NCBI GenBank assembly: GCA_965205495.1
Contig: CBDBHA010000002.1
Coordinates: 2,723,260-2,787,259, forward strand
Direction of reading: 5' to 3'
From: Dehalococcoidia bacterium
GTDB lineage: Bacteria; Chloroflexota; Dehalococcoidia; Lucifugimonadales; UBA3495
DNA: 64,000 nucleotides
In this document: positions 53,465 to 61,766 of the stretch, piece by piece
How positions within the stretch are numbered: the stretch's first letter is position 1
How the letters are laid out: every line of letters starts with the position of its first letter
Made by a program: the position numbers and the translations under genes
Notes under the pieces: generated by a model
What the model was told of the DNA's origin: nothing
What the model saw: the letters and a program-made list of their open reading frames with translations, nothing else
Databases searched by the model: none

Positions 53465-53638
53465 TGCGCCGTCGCCCTCTTCCCCGCCGACCTCAGCCGC
53501 CCGCCCCGCCAATGGGTCGGACGCTCCCATAATATCCAACGCTGGACCGAAATACCCCTGGGCAGCCACTTCGCCGCCCTGGAAGAACCCGACCTGTTAG
53601 CCAAGGACATCCGCGCCTTCTGCCAAGCCTATCCCTAG
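53465..53638 (+). pseudogene. 3' fragment of an epoxide hydrolase-type alpha/beta hydrolase gene
   Basis: The frame reads CAVALFPADLSRPPRQWVGRSHNIQRWTEIPLGSHFAALEEPDLLAKDIRAFCQAYP*. This is the typical C-terminal end (W.E...GGHFAALEEPELLA.DIR.F). No upstream coding part is present. Confidence 0.65.
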
Positions 53639-53685
53639 GGGTCCAAAACCACTGACAACAGCCCCTTAGCCCTTGCCGTTTCCTG

Positions 53686-53694
53686 TGATAAAAT
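53686..53694 (+). promoter_or_regulatory. extended -10 (TGATAAAAT) placed for a leaderless transcript
   Basis: TAAAAT at 53689-53694 is followed by 6 nt and then the ATG at 53701. There is no SD. Confidence 0.45.
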
Positions 53695-53700
53695 TGGCCC

Positions 53701-54180
53701 ATGCCTTCTGCTACCTGGCGAACTTTCGATAGCTATGTTCAACCGGCCCTCATCGAATCGGGTCGGATGAGCGTCTTGATCCCCCTGGCGATTCTTTACT
53801 GGACCACCGTTTTTATCGCCCTGGTAGAGATGGCTTCGGGTCTGTCCGGCCTTGAAACAACCTTCACCTTCGTGGCGGACGCTTTTCTTCCAATGATCAC
53901 CGCCGTTTCCCCCATCTGGGCAATCATAGGCGCCTGTTTCTGCAGGTACGCCCTCTGTTTCGGCATAGTAAAAGTGGTCCAATTCGTCCTGCCGTCCCGT
54001 TTCTGGCCGGGCCTCCGCTCCCCTCTCACCCAGTGGACCTCCGGGTCGACCCCAACTCCCCATAACCTGGCCCCTCCGGCCCACCGGTTGCCCCGGCTTT
54101 TCCTCCTCCTCACCTCCCCCAGCCGCACGGTTTCAAGTACAGCTTCCGATTTGTCCGGCTCCACGCCGCTGCTGAATTAA
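53701..54180 (+). CDS. hypothetical membrane protein
   Basis: 159-aa ORF with three hydrophobic segments and a P/S-rich tail. Support comes only from the leaderless-promoter geometry. Confidence 0.4.
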   Translation: MPSATWRTFDSYVQPALIESGRMSVLIPLAILYWTTVFIALVEMASGLSGLETTFTFVADAFLPMITAVSPIWAIIGACFCRYALCFGIVKVVQFVLPSRFWPGLRSPLTQWTSGSTPTPHNLAPPAHRLPRLFLLLTSPSRTVSSTASDLSGSTPLLN

Positions 54181-54271
54181 CCCCCTTCTTCCCCCCTGGT
54201 CTGCCAACACCGGCGTCACCGGCGCCCGGGCTAATTCTCTATTTTCCTATAGAAAAAGGGGTTAATTTCAG

Positions 54272-55033
54272 TTGTCCTGCAACATAAACACGCTCAAAAC
54301 TGCTATCGCCATCATGTTCTTGCTGGCCGGGATCCTGGCCCTCACCGGCTGCCAGAACCTCTCCCCCATCGAGGAGCGGCTCAATGCCCTGGAAACCCAG
54401 CATACCCAACAGGCCACCCAAATCGAAACCGCCATGGACCTCATCGACTCCGTAACCGAAAGCGCATCCAATATCGCTGCGGTCCAGCAGTCCCAAGACC
54501 AGGACATTGCAACGAACCGCCTTGCCCTGGCCGACGCCGCTTCAAAACACGTCGAGACCAGCGCCCTGGTGGGAACAGTGCAAGAGGGCTTGGCTGCCAT
54601 TGAAGGTCAACTAACCCGCAGCGAGGAGGCGTTGACCCGGCAAAAGGAGACTCTGGAACGGGTCCAGGAGCAGGTGGACCAAAGCGCCACCGGGCTCACC
54701 GGCCTCTCCGACACCGTTGACCAACTTCGGGACGTCACGGCGGCGGCTGAAGGGGACACGAACCGGTTGGCCAACGGTTTTTGCGAGATTGACTACCACA
54801 CTATCACCTTGAGGGCAGTGTTGGGATACCTTCTGGTCGAGACCGGCAAACCCCAGCATTTGCGTTTTCGAAAGTTGTCGGCCAACGAACTCGCCGACAT
54901 CACCTTCGACGGCGTAGCCAACGATTACTACAACGAAGACGAGGACACCCATTGCCTCCGGAAGAAAAACGGTACTTTCGAATTGCTAAACCCCGATGAA
55001 GAAGACGGGGAAGCGCAAGAGGAACCGGGTTAA
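54272..55033 (+). CDS. coiled-coil lipoprotein
   Basis: The signal peptide has the lipobox LALTGC. It is followed by Q/E/T-rich coiled-coil-like sequence, and the protein is 253 aa. Confidence 0.65.
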   Translation: MSCNINTLKTAIAIMFLLAGILALTGCQNLSPIEERLNALETQHTQQATQIETAMDLIDSVTESASNIAAVQQSQDQDIATNRLALADAASKHVETSALVGTVQEGLAAIEGQLTRSEEALTRQKETLERVQEQVDQSATGLTGLSDTVDQLRDVTAAAEGDTNRLANGFCEIDYHTITLRAVLGYLLVETGKPQHLRFRKLSANELADITFDGVANDYYNEDEDTHCLRKKNGTFELLNPDEEDGEAQEEPG

Positions 55034-55143
55034 CAGCCATAGGTGAAAGACGACCCCTGGGAACGGCATCGCATCGCCGTTCCCAGGGGACACCCATCTA
55101 ACAACCGCCCCAAAACCTTGACAGCCTCCCATCCAATGTGAAA

Positions 55144-55157
55144 GTCTGAATTCAGAC
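55144..55157. promoter_or_regulatory. perfect 14-bp palindrome GTCTGAATTCAGAC upstream of pfp
   Basis: Seen directly in the sequence, ending 25 nt before the ATG at 55183. Confidence 0.35.
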
Positions 55158-55182
55158 ATTCTTCCACGGGGTTGGGGCGACT

Positions 55183-56520
55183 ATGACCACTGCACCGGCC
55201 AAATTGGGCATCCTGGTGGGCGGCGGCCCCGCCCCAGGCATCAACTGCATCATCAGCTCGGTCACCATCGAGGCAATCAACGCCGGTATCGACGTCCTCG
55301 GCATCTACGACGGCTTCCAACACCTCATCTCCGGCGATACCTCCCTGGCCCACCCCCTGGCCATCCCCGATGTCTCCTCCATCCACTTCCAGGGCGGCTC
55401 CATCCTCCGCACCTCCCGGGCCAACCCCACCCGCCGCCAGGAAGACCTGGACCGGGTCGTCCATACAATTCAGGAGCTTCGCCTCGACTACCTGGTCACC
55501 ATCGGCGGCGATGACACCGCCTACGCCGCCGCGGAGGTCGCCGGCGCGTTGAACGGCCAAGTCCGCATCGCCCACGTCCCCAAGACCATCGACAACGACC
55601 TGCCCCTGCCCGGAGGGATGCCCACCTTCGGCTACGAGACCGCCCGCCACGTTGGGACCCAGACCATCCGCAACCTGATGGAAGACTCCCGCACCACCAA
55701 CCGCTGGTACTTTGCGGTGGTCATGGGCCGCACCGCCGGCTTCCTGGCCCTGGGCATCGGCAAGGCCGCCGGCGCCACCCTCACCCTCATCCCCGAGGAG
55801 TTCCCAGGGGAGACAATTCCCCTGGACCAGGTCGTCCACCAACTGGAAGGCGCCATCCTCAAACGCAAAACCATGGGACGCAACCGGGGCGTCGCCATCA
55901 TCGCCGAAGGCATCGGCGGGAAGCTGGACCCGGAGGAACTGGCCAACACCCCCGGCGTATCCCTGGACCGCGACCCCTACGGCCACCTGCGCCTCAGCGA
56001 AATCCCCCTGGCCAACATCCTGCGGCGCGAGGTGGAACGCCGCTTCTCCCAGCGCGGCGACCCCATGTCCATCGTGTCCACCACCCTGGGCTACGAACTG
56101 CGCTCCGCCATGCCCATACCCTTCGACATAGACTACACCCGCACCCTCGGTTACGGCGCCGTGGAATTCCTGCTGACCTCCCCCAAAGGCCCGGCCCTGG
56201 CCAACGGCGGCCTGGTCTGCCTGGACCACGGCCGCCTGCAAGCCCTGACCTTCGCCGAACTGCGCGACCCGGAGACCGGGCGCACTCGCGTCCGCACCGT
56301 GGACCTGGACTCGGAGCATTACGTGGCCGCCCGCAAATACATGATCCGTCTGGAACCCCGTGACCTGACCAACCCGGAGCGGCTGGACCGTTTGGCCGCC
56401 GCCGCCAACCAGTCCCCCGACGATTTTCAAAAAGACTTCGGCTCGGCGGTGGGCCTGACCACGCCCGCCCCACTACCGGCAACCCGGCCCGGACAACCTG
56501 TCCCCGCCGCCGACAACTAA
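55183..56520 (+). CDS. pfp: 6-phosphofructokinase, PPi-dependent type by signature residues
   Basis: GGGPAPGIN, TIGGDDTAYAA (Asp instead of Gly) and PKTIDNDL (Lys instead of Gly). The antisense ORF 55030..56430 is an artefact. Confidence 0.85.
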   Translation: MTTAPAKLGILVGGGPAPGINCIISSVTIEAINAGIDVLGIYDGFQHLISGDTSLAHPLAIPDVSSIHFQGGSILRTSRANPTRRQEDLDRVVHTIQELRLDYLVTIGGDDTAYAAAEVAGALNGQVRIAHVPKTIDNDLPLPGGMPTFGYETARHVGTQTIRNLMEDSRTTNRWYFAVVMGRTAGFLALGIGKAAGATLTLIPEEFPGETIPLDQVVHQLEGAILKRKTMGRNRGVAIIAEGIGGKLDPEELANTPGVSLDRDPYGHLRLSEIPLANILRREVERRFSQRGDPMSIVSTTLGYELRSAMPIPFDIDYTRTLGYGAVEFLLTSPKGPALANGGLVCLDHGRLQALTFAELRDPETGRTRVRTVDLDSEHYVAARKYMIRLEPRDLTNPERLDRLAAAANQSPDDFQKDFGSAVGLTTPAPLPATRPGQPVPAADN

Positions 56521-56558
56521 CCCCCTTCCACTTTTCCCACCCCACTGGAAAAGTTAAA

Positions 56559-56590
56559 GGCGCGCCAATCGGTGCGCCCTCCTTTTAATT
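56559..56590 (+). terminator. intrinsic terminator after pfp
   Basis: GGCGCGCC-aatc-GGTGCGCC (one G-U pair) is followed by ctccTTTTaatt. Confidence 0.5.
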
Positions 56591-56679
56591 CCTACCCGCG
56601 CCGCCGTCCTATCGGACCTACCCCCGGTTTGCCGACAACCCCGGTCCGGCGTTCTTGCCTCCGGTGGTTGGTCCGGTTC

Positions 56680-57126
56680 CTAGCCCCAGTCCTCGCTTAC
56701 TTCCAACACAACAACGCCGCTTTCATCCGCTAGTTGTTGGTCCTGCGGATCAATGGAGTAACCGGCCACCACCGCCACCGACTCCTCCCCGAACATGGGG
56801 GCCAAGATATGCGCGGTCTCCAACGCCCGGGAAATGTCCTCGGAGCGGATCTTGATCGACACCTCCACCGCAACCCAAACGGGACTCGACGTTCCCCGCC
56901 GGCGGGCCGTCAGAATGAAGTCAGTGAATATTATCCGTCGCTCTTGTTCTCTACTGATCAACTGGCTGTCGACGCTATCTTCAACCGTGTACCTAAACTC
57001 TGTACGCATTTCCTGGACCGGACTAAACATTATTTCCGTCCGCCGGACGTCCAGCTTCTCACTGATTAACGGCACAATCCTGCCGTTCAGCCGCAACTCC
57101 AGGGCCCATTCCTTCAAGGAACTCAC
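56680..57126 (-). CDS. hypothetical protein sharing the PD-(D/E)XK-like C-terminal domain of 48354..49307
   Basis: 148 aa. FTDFILTARRRG...VWVAVEVSIKIRSEDISRALETAHILAPMFGEESVAVVAGYSIDPQDQ aligns with AVDLIFNGRRQN...VYVAAEASITIGDRDITRASERAGILAAATGSLAIPAVIGARIDEQ. Confidence 0.6.
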   Translation of the reverse strand: MSSLKEWALELRLNGRIVPLISEKLDVRRTEIMFSPVQEMRTEFRYTVEDSVDSQLISREQERRIIFTDFILTARRRGTSSPVWVAVEVSIKIRSEDISRALETAHILAPMFGEESVAVVAGYSIDPQDQQLADESGVVVLEVSEDWG

Positions 57127-57217
57127 GTCAACCTTTACCCCCTACATCGCCTTCAACCCCCTGCGCCCCCGGTTATTAACCACCTCATCAAAGGGCAAAC
57201 TACCCGCCCGGTGGAAC

Positions 57218-58048
57218 CTATACCTCCAGGGCCGTGTCTTCCCGGTTGGCCCACTCTCCCATGGAAGCGTCATAATTCTTGGCCCGATCATAACCCAGCA
57301 TCGTCAGCAGGAACGTTCCGTGCGCCGCACGGATGCCCCCCTGTCAATAAGCGAAAACCGCTTTGTCCGCCGTAATCCCCCGCTCCTCCAGCAAGGCCCG
57401 GACCTCCCCCGCGGGCTTGAAACGGTGATTGTCCCTCTCCATAACATTGAACCACTCCAAATGAATTGCCCCCGGAATGTGCCCCAGCCGTTGGTTCCCC
57501 CGGCTGTTGCTCCCGTCGTACTCACCGTCGCTGCGGACGTCCCAAACCACGGTGTCCGACAACGAGCAGGCCTCCTTGAGCTCATCGGTTTTTACAATAA
57601 TGGAGTCATCGGGCTGGGGAGTGAAAGTGGCCCCGCTGCGCGCCGCCACCCGGTCGAAGCTGATGGGCCGCCCCTCCTGCACCCAGCTTCGCCATCCCCC
57701 GTTCATCAACTTGACGTTGCTGTGGCCGTAGTAGTTCAACGCCCACCAAAAGCGCGCCGCGTACAGGCTCTGGTTGTTGTCGTAGGCGATGACCAGCGAG
57801 TCGTCGCCAATGCCCAACCGCTGGCACATGGCGGCAAACCCGTCCGGGGGCAGGATGTGGACCCGCCCGGTATCCGGGTCTTTTTGATAGTTATCGGGAA
57901 TCAACACCGCTCCGGCAATGTGCCCCCGCAGGTATCCCGCCTCCACGTCCGTGTCCACCAAAACCACCCCTGGGTCTTCAAGGTGGGCCTCCACCCATTC
58001 GGGTTCCACCAAAAACTCCGGGTGCGCGTACCCTTCTCCAGTGGTCAT
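57218..58048 (-). CDS. two-domain rhodanese (thiosulfate/3-mercaptopyruvate sulfurtransferase) with in-frame TGA at the catalytic Cys position
   Basis: The ATG at 58048 follows AGGAGG. The ORF stops at TGA 57344-57346, in the context KAVFAY[TGA]QGGIRAAHGTF. The frame stays open for 41 further codons (...LGYDRAKNYDASMGEWAN...) to the TAG at 57218-57220. Confidence 0.7.
57317..57333 (-). other. SECIS-like hairpin 11 nt downstream of the in-frame UGA
   Basis: The mRNA is UCCGUGC-GGC-GCACGGA (7-bp stem, loop GGC). The apical loop lies about 18 nt from the UGA. Confidence 0.4.
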
Positions 58049-58289
58049 AGCCCCTCCTGTCCCCATGCGTCCAAATTTTGGCCGCCCCATTGTAGGTTGG
58101 CCCCAACAAAAGGGTCAACCAACTCCCACCATCCCGCGTCATCTTACCCCCGTCGCCCCTCTTCCATCACCCGCCAACTGTCACTCGTCACCCATCCCCA
58201 GGAGCCCCCTCCACCACCCTGACCCCTCTCTAACACTGAGCTCCCCCTCTGTCACCCCGACCCTTCTTCTGCCACCCGAGCCTCCCCTC

Positions 58290-58329
58290 TGTCACCCCGA
58301 GCGTAGCGAGGGGCCTAAAATCCCTGCCC
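58290..58329. repeat. tgtcaccccgagcgtagcgaggggcctaaaatccctgccc repeat
   Basis: It belongs to the same family as 26794, 49494 and 62924. A partial copy lies at 58246-58262. Confidence 0.8.
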
Positions 58330-58532
58330 ACCACAATCCCCAACCCTGGATTCCAGCCTCCGCCACAATCACCACTGGAAAACGCCAACCCCCCGTCAAA
58401 ACTAACCTGGTCCTACCCGAAAAACCGTATCACCCTGGTCACTCCACTGCGCCCGTCCCACTGTTCACTCCCTCCCTTCTTGACCATCCCCCCTCCCAAC
58501 CATTACATTCCAATCCCCAACAACCCCCACCC

Positions 58533-59348
<816 letters not shown>

Positions 59349-59375
59349 AATGGGCTCAACTCTAGGCCGGATACC

Positions 59376-59471
59376 TCAAACCACTGTGCCGATTTTCGCC
59401 AAATCCAGCCACTTCCAAGGCGTCCCTTTGACCGCTCGGTAAAAGAGATTGAACCCATCGGGAAATCCAAA
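59376..59471 (-). pseudogene. truncated N-terminal fragment of a second NYN-domain gene copy
   Basis: It reads FGFPDGFNLFYRAVKGTPWKWLDLAKIGTVV*, compared with MKTNFYIDGFNLYYRAVKGTPYKWLDLAQVCRAL in 60974..61609. Confidence 0.6.
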
Positions 59472-59579
59472 AGCTCGTAACAACGTCAGGGGAGGATATC
59501 CGGGTTGTCAACGGTTAAATGTCATTGAATCACTACCCAATTCTCAACTCGCCCAACCACCCATCCCATTTTTGTTGCC

Positions 59580-59609
59580 GGGCAAAACAAAGACCGCCTT
59601 TCGGCGGCC
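59580..59609 (-). terminator. terminator-like hairpin (degenerate copy of 61624..61655)
   Basis: The minus strand reads GGCCGCC-gaaa-GGCGGTC with one mismatch in the longer stem, followed by TTTGTTTTG. Confidence 0.4.
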
Positions 59610-59992
59610 CTGACCCTACCAACTAATTGACAGGGACGGTACGAAAATATAAGATTTCGGCCCATGAACTTTATCAATCATACAACCGTCGATAAAAAGC
59701 CTTTTTATTCTACCCAAATGCCGCTTCCAGCCCCCTGATCAATGTTATTCAGAATCCCTCCGCTCGCCCTGAGCCCGTCGAAGGTTCATTCCGACCGCCC
59801 CTACCTGTCATTCCGACCGCAGGGAGGAATCTAAAATCCTTCGCCTCCGCCTGTTTGCCCCAGGATTCCTCGTCGGAAGCTCCCCACAACGACAATGAAA
59901 AGACCCTGGGGAAAAGTCCGCTCTTTGACCAGCCGAAGGCACCGGGCATCAGTCGAAGTTGGGCTCCCCACAACCCTGCTGGGACGAATCTG

Positions 59993-60778
59993 ATGCCGAT
60001 CAGAGCCGGTGGGAACTTGGCGGGGCGATGGGTAGTTGTCGCGGCATTGGCCTTCTGGCTGGCGTGCAATCCGGCTGCCACGCCGTTACCGATGGGGAAT
60101 GCCGGCCCCGCGGAACTTCCGCCGTTGGGCCGGGCGCCCGTCCCTCCGGATGCCACCGCCCCAGTCGTCGCGCCCACTCAAGACCTCCGGCTCCGCCCGG
60201 CACCAACCCAGGCCGAACAATCTCAACCTGAAATTTCCCAGGAATTCAACCCGGCGGAACCGCCGGAACCCGACCCCCCACCGCCCAATACCCCAACACC
60301 GGCGCCAACCGTCACCCCAACCGCCACGCATCCTCCGCCTCCCACTCCAACGCCGCTACCCACACCCACTCCTCTCCCAACCGCTGCACCTACTCCAACG
60401 CCCGAGCCGACCCCCACTCCGTTGCCCACTCCCACCGCAACCCCGGAGCCAACCCCAACAGCAACGCCCCTTCCCACCGCCGCGCCAACGCCCACCCAGG
60501 TTCCGCGTCCCACCCCAACGGTGGCCCTTCCCCCAAACCCCTCGCCACCCGGGCCCGGTCAGTTGGGAAGGAAAGGGTGCAGGACCGGGCAGATTGACGT
60601 CAACCGAGCGGCCCAAGGCAATTTGGAAGACATCATCCACATCGGACCGTCGCGGGCAGCCGAGATGGTCGGATCGCGGCCCTTCGCATCGGTGGAAGAC
60701 CTGGTGCGAATAAAAGGCATTGGCCCATCACGGTTGGCCGACATCATTGGGCAGGGTTTGGCCTGCGTAGCCCGTTGA
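59993..60778 (+). CDS. ComEA-like helix-hairpin-helix DNA-binding lipoprotein with Pro/Thr-rich linker
   Basis: The lipobox is AFWLAC. An approximately 100-aa PTPTPLPTPT... linker follows. The C-terminus is IDVNRAAQGNLEDIIHIGPSRAAEMV...VRIKGIGPSRLADII (two HhH motifs). Confidence 0.75.
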   Translation: MPIRAGGNLAGRWVVVAALAFWLACNPAATPLPMGNAGPAELPPLGRAPVPPDATAPVVAPTQDLRLRPAPTQAEQSQPEISQEFNPAEPPEPDPPPPNTPTPAPTVTPTATHPPPPTPTPLPTPTPLPTAAPTPTPEPTPTPLPTPTATPEPTPTATPLPTAAPTPTQVPRPTPTVALPPNPSPPGPGQLGRKGCRTGQIDVNRAAQGNLEDIIHIGPSRAAEMVGSRPFASVEDLVRIKGIGPSRLADIIGQGLACVAR

Positions 60779-60973
60779 GGCGTCCGGCAGCTATGGGGCC
60801 GGGCCTTTTCATTCTCCCCGCAACGACAATCAAAAGGCCCGGCTTCCAGGACAATCGCGTTTTAACTGCGGAGGCCTTCCAGCAGATAGTCCTCTCTCCA
60901 ACCGGCCTAGAGGCGTTTCCCCGGGAAGCCCACCTTCAACCTGGATTCGTCCCGAGTCCACCGAAACACCCAC

Positions 60974-61609
60974 CTACCAGCCCACCGGCTTGGTAATCAC
61001 CCCATTAACATCCGTCAACTGCTCAGGGAACTGGCTATCCCGCAAAGTGTTCGGCCGCAGCCGCCGAGTAAAAGTAGCAACCGCTGCCAGTTCTTTGGGG
61101 GTGGCTGCCTTCTGGTCCAAATTTGGGTTAACTATGCCGACCGGCAACCCCAACCTTTCGTTGACCATTCCGACCGGCAGCGCCAGGTCCGCATCATTGG
61201 AAATCACTATAGCCTGCTCGTAATCGCCCTCGAACCCGTCAACCAAAAGGTGGGTGGCCAGATTGACGTCGGTACCCTTCTCTTCTGTATCAAAAACTTC
61301 TACCAAACGCGGCTCCCCTGGAATGGCCGCAACCAGAGGGCGACGTATTCGCCGCGCTCGGAACTGTCCATAATGCACGGAAATGCCTGAAATGGTTTCC
61401 AGAGCCCGTATGTAAATTAGCTGCCGGCGGGGGGCTTGAAGATTTCCTGGCCTCGGTTGGACTAATGCGGTGAAATACCGAATATGGTTTACTTGGTGGG
61501 ACGGTGCCAACGCCCGGCAGACCTGGGCCAAGTCCAGCCACTTATAGGGAGTACCCTTTACCGCCCGGTAATACAGGTTGAATCCATCAATATAGAAGTT
61601 CGTCTTCAC
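60974..61609 (-). CDS. NYN (LabA-like) domain protein
   Basis: 211 aa with a GTG start: KTNFYIDGFNLYYRA..., ...TEEKGTDVNLATHLL... and AIVISNDADLA. Confidence 0.8.
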   Translation of the reverse strand: MKTNFYIDGFNLYYRAVKGTPYKWLDLAQVCRALAPSHQVNHIRYFTALVQPRPGNLQAPRRQLIYIRALETISGISVHYGQFRARRIRRPLVAAIPGEPRLVEVFDTEEKGTDVNLATHLLVDGFEGDYEQAIVISNDADLALPVGMVNERLGLPVGIVNPNLDQKAATPKELAAVATFTRRLRPNTLRDSQFPEQLTDVNGVITKPVGW

Positions 61610-61623
61610 GCCGCCACTCCCCG

Positions 61624-61655
61624 CACAAAAACAAAGACCGCCTTTCGGCGGTCTT
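61624..61655 (-). terminator. strong intrinsic-terminator-like hairpin immediately 5' of the NYN gene RBS
   Basis: The minus strand reads AAGACCGCC-gaaa-GGCGGTCTT (9 bp) followed by TGTTTTTGTG. It ends 14 nt before the GTG at 61609. Confidence 0.55.
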
Positions 61656-61766
61656 GACCCTACCAGCGAAGTGATAGGGGGGGTACGTATCCAGCCTATA
61701 GCGAAAGGATTTCATTGTCAAGCGCCAAATGTCAGTAACAACGTCGTCCACCCCAAGGAGCCATCC

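Noticed and set aside
57918-58532. N-terminal 205-codon extension of the SDR ORF, and the similar Pro-rich ORFs 26569..27354 and 62204..62899.
   Set aside because: These are translations of G-poor, C/A-rich repeat DNA (PPPP/TPTP-type low complexity). The extension overlaps the rhodanese gene on the other strand. The true starts have family-typical N-termini.
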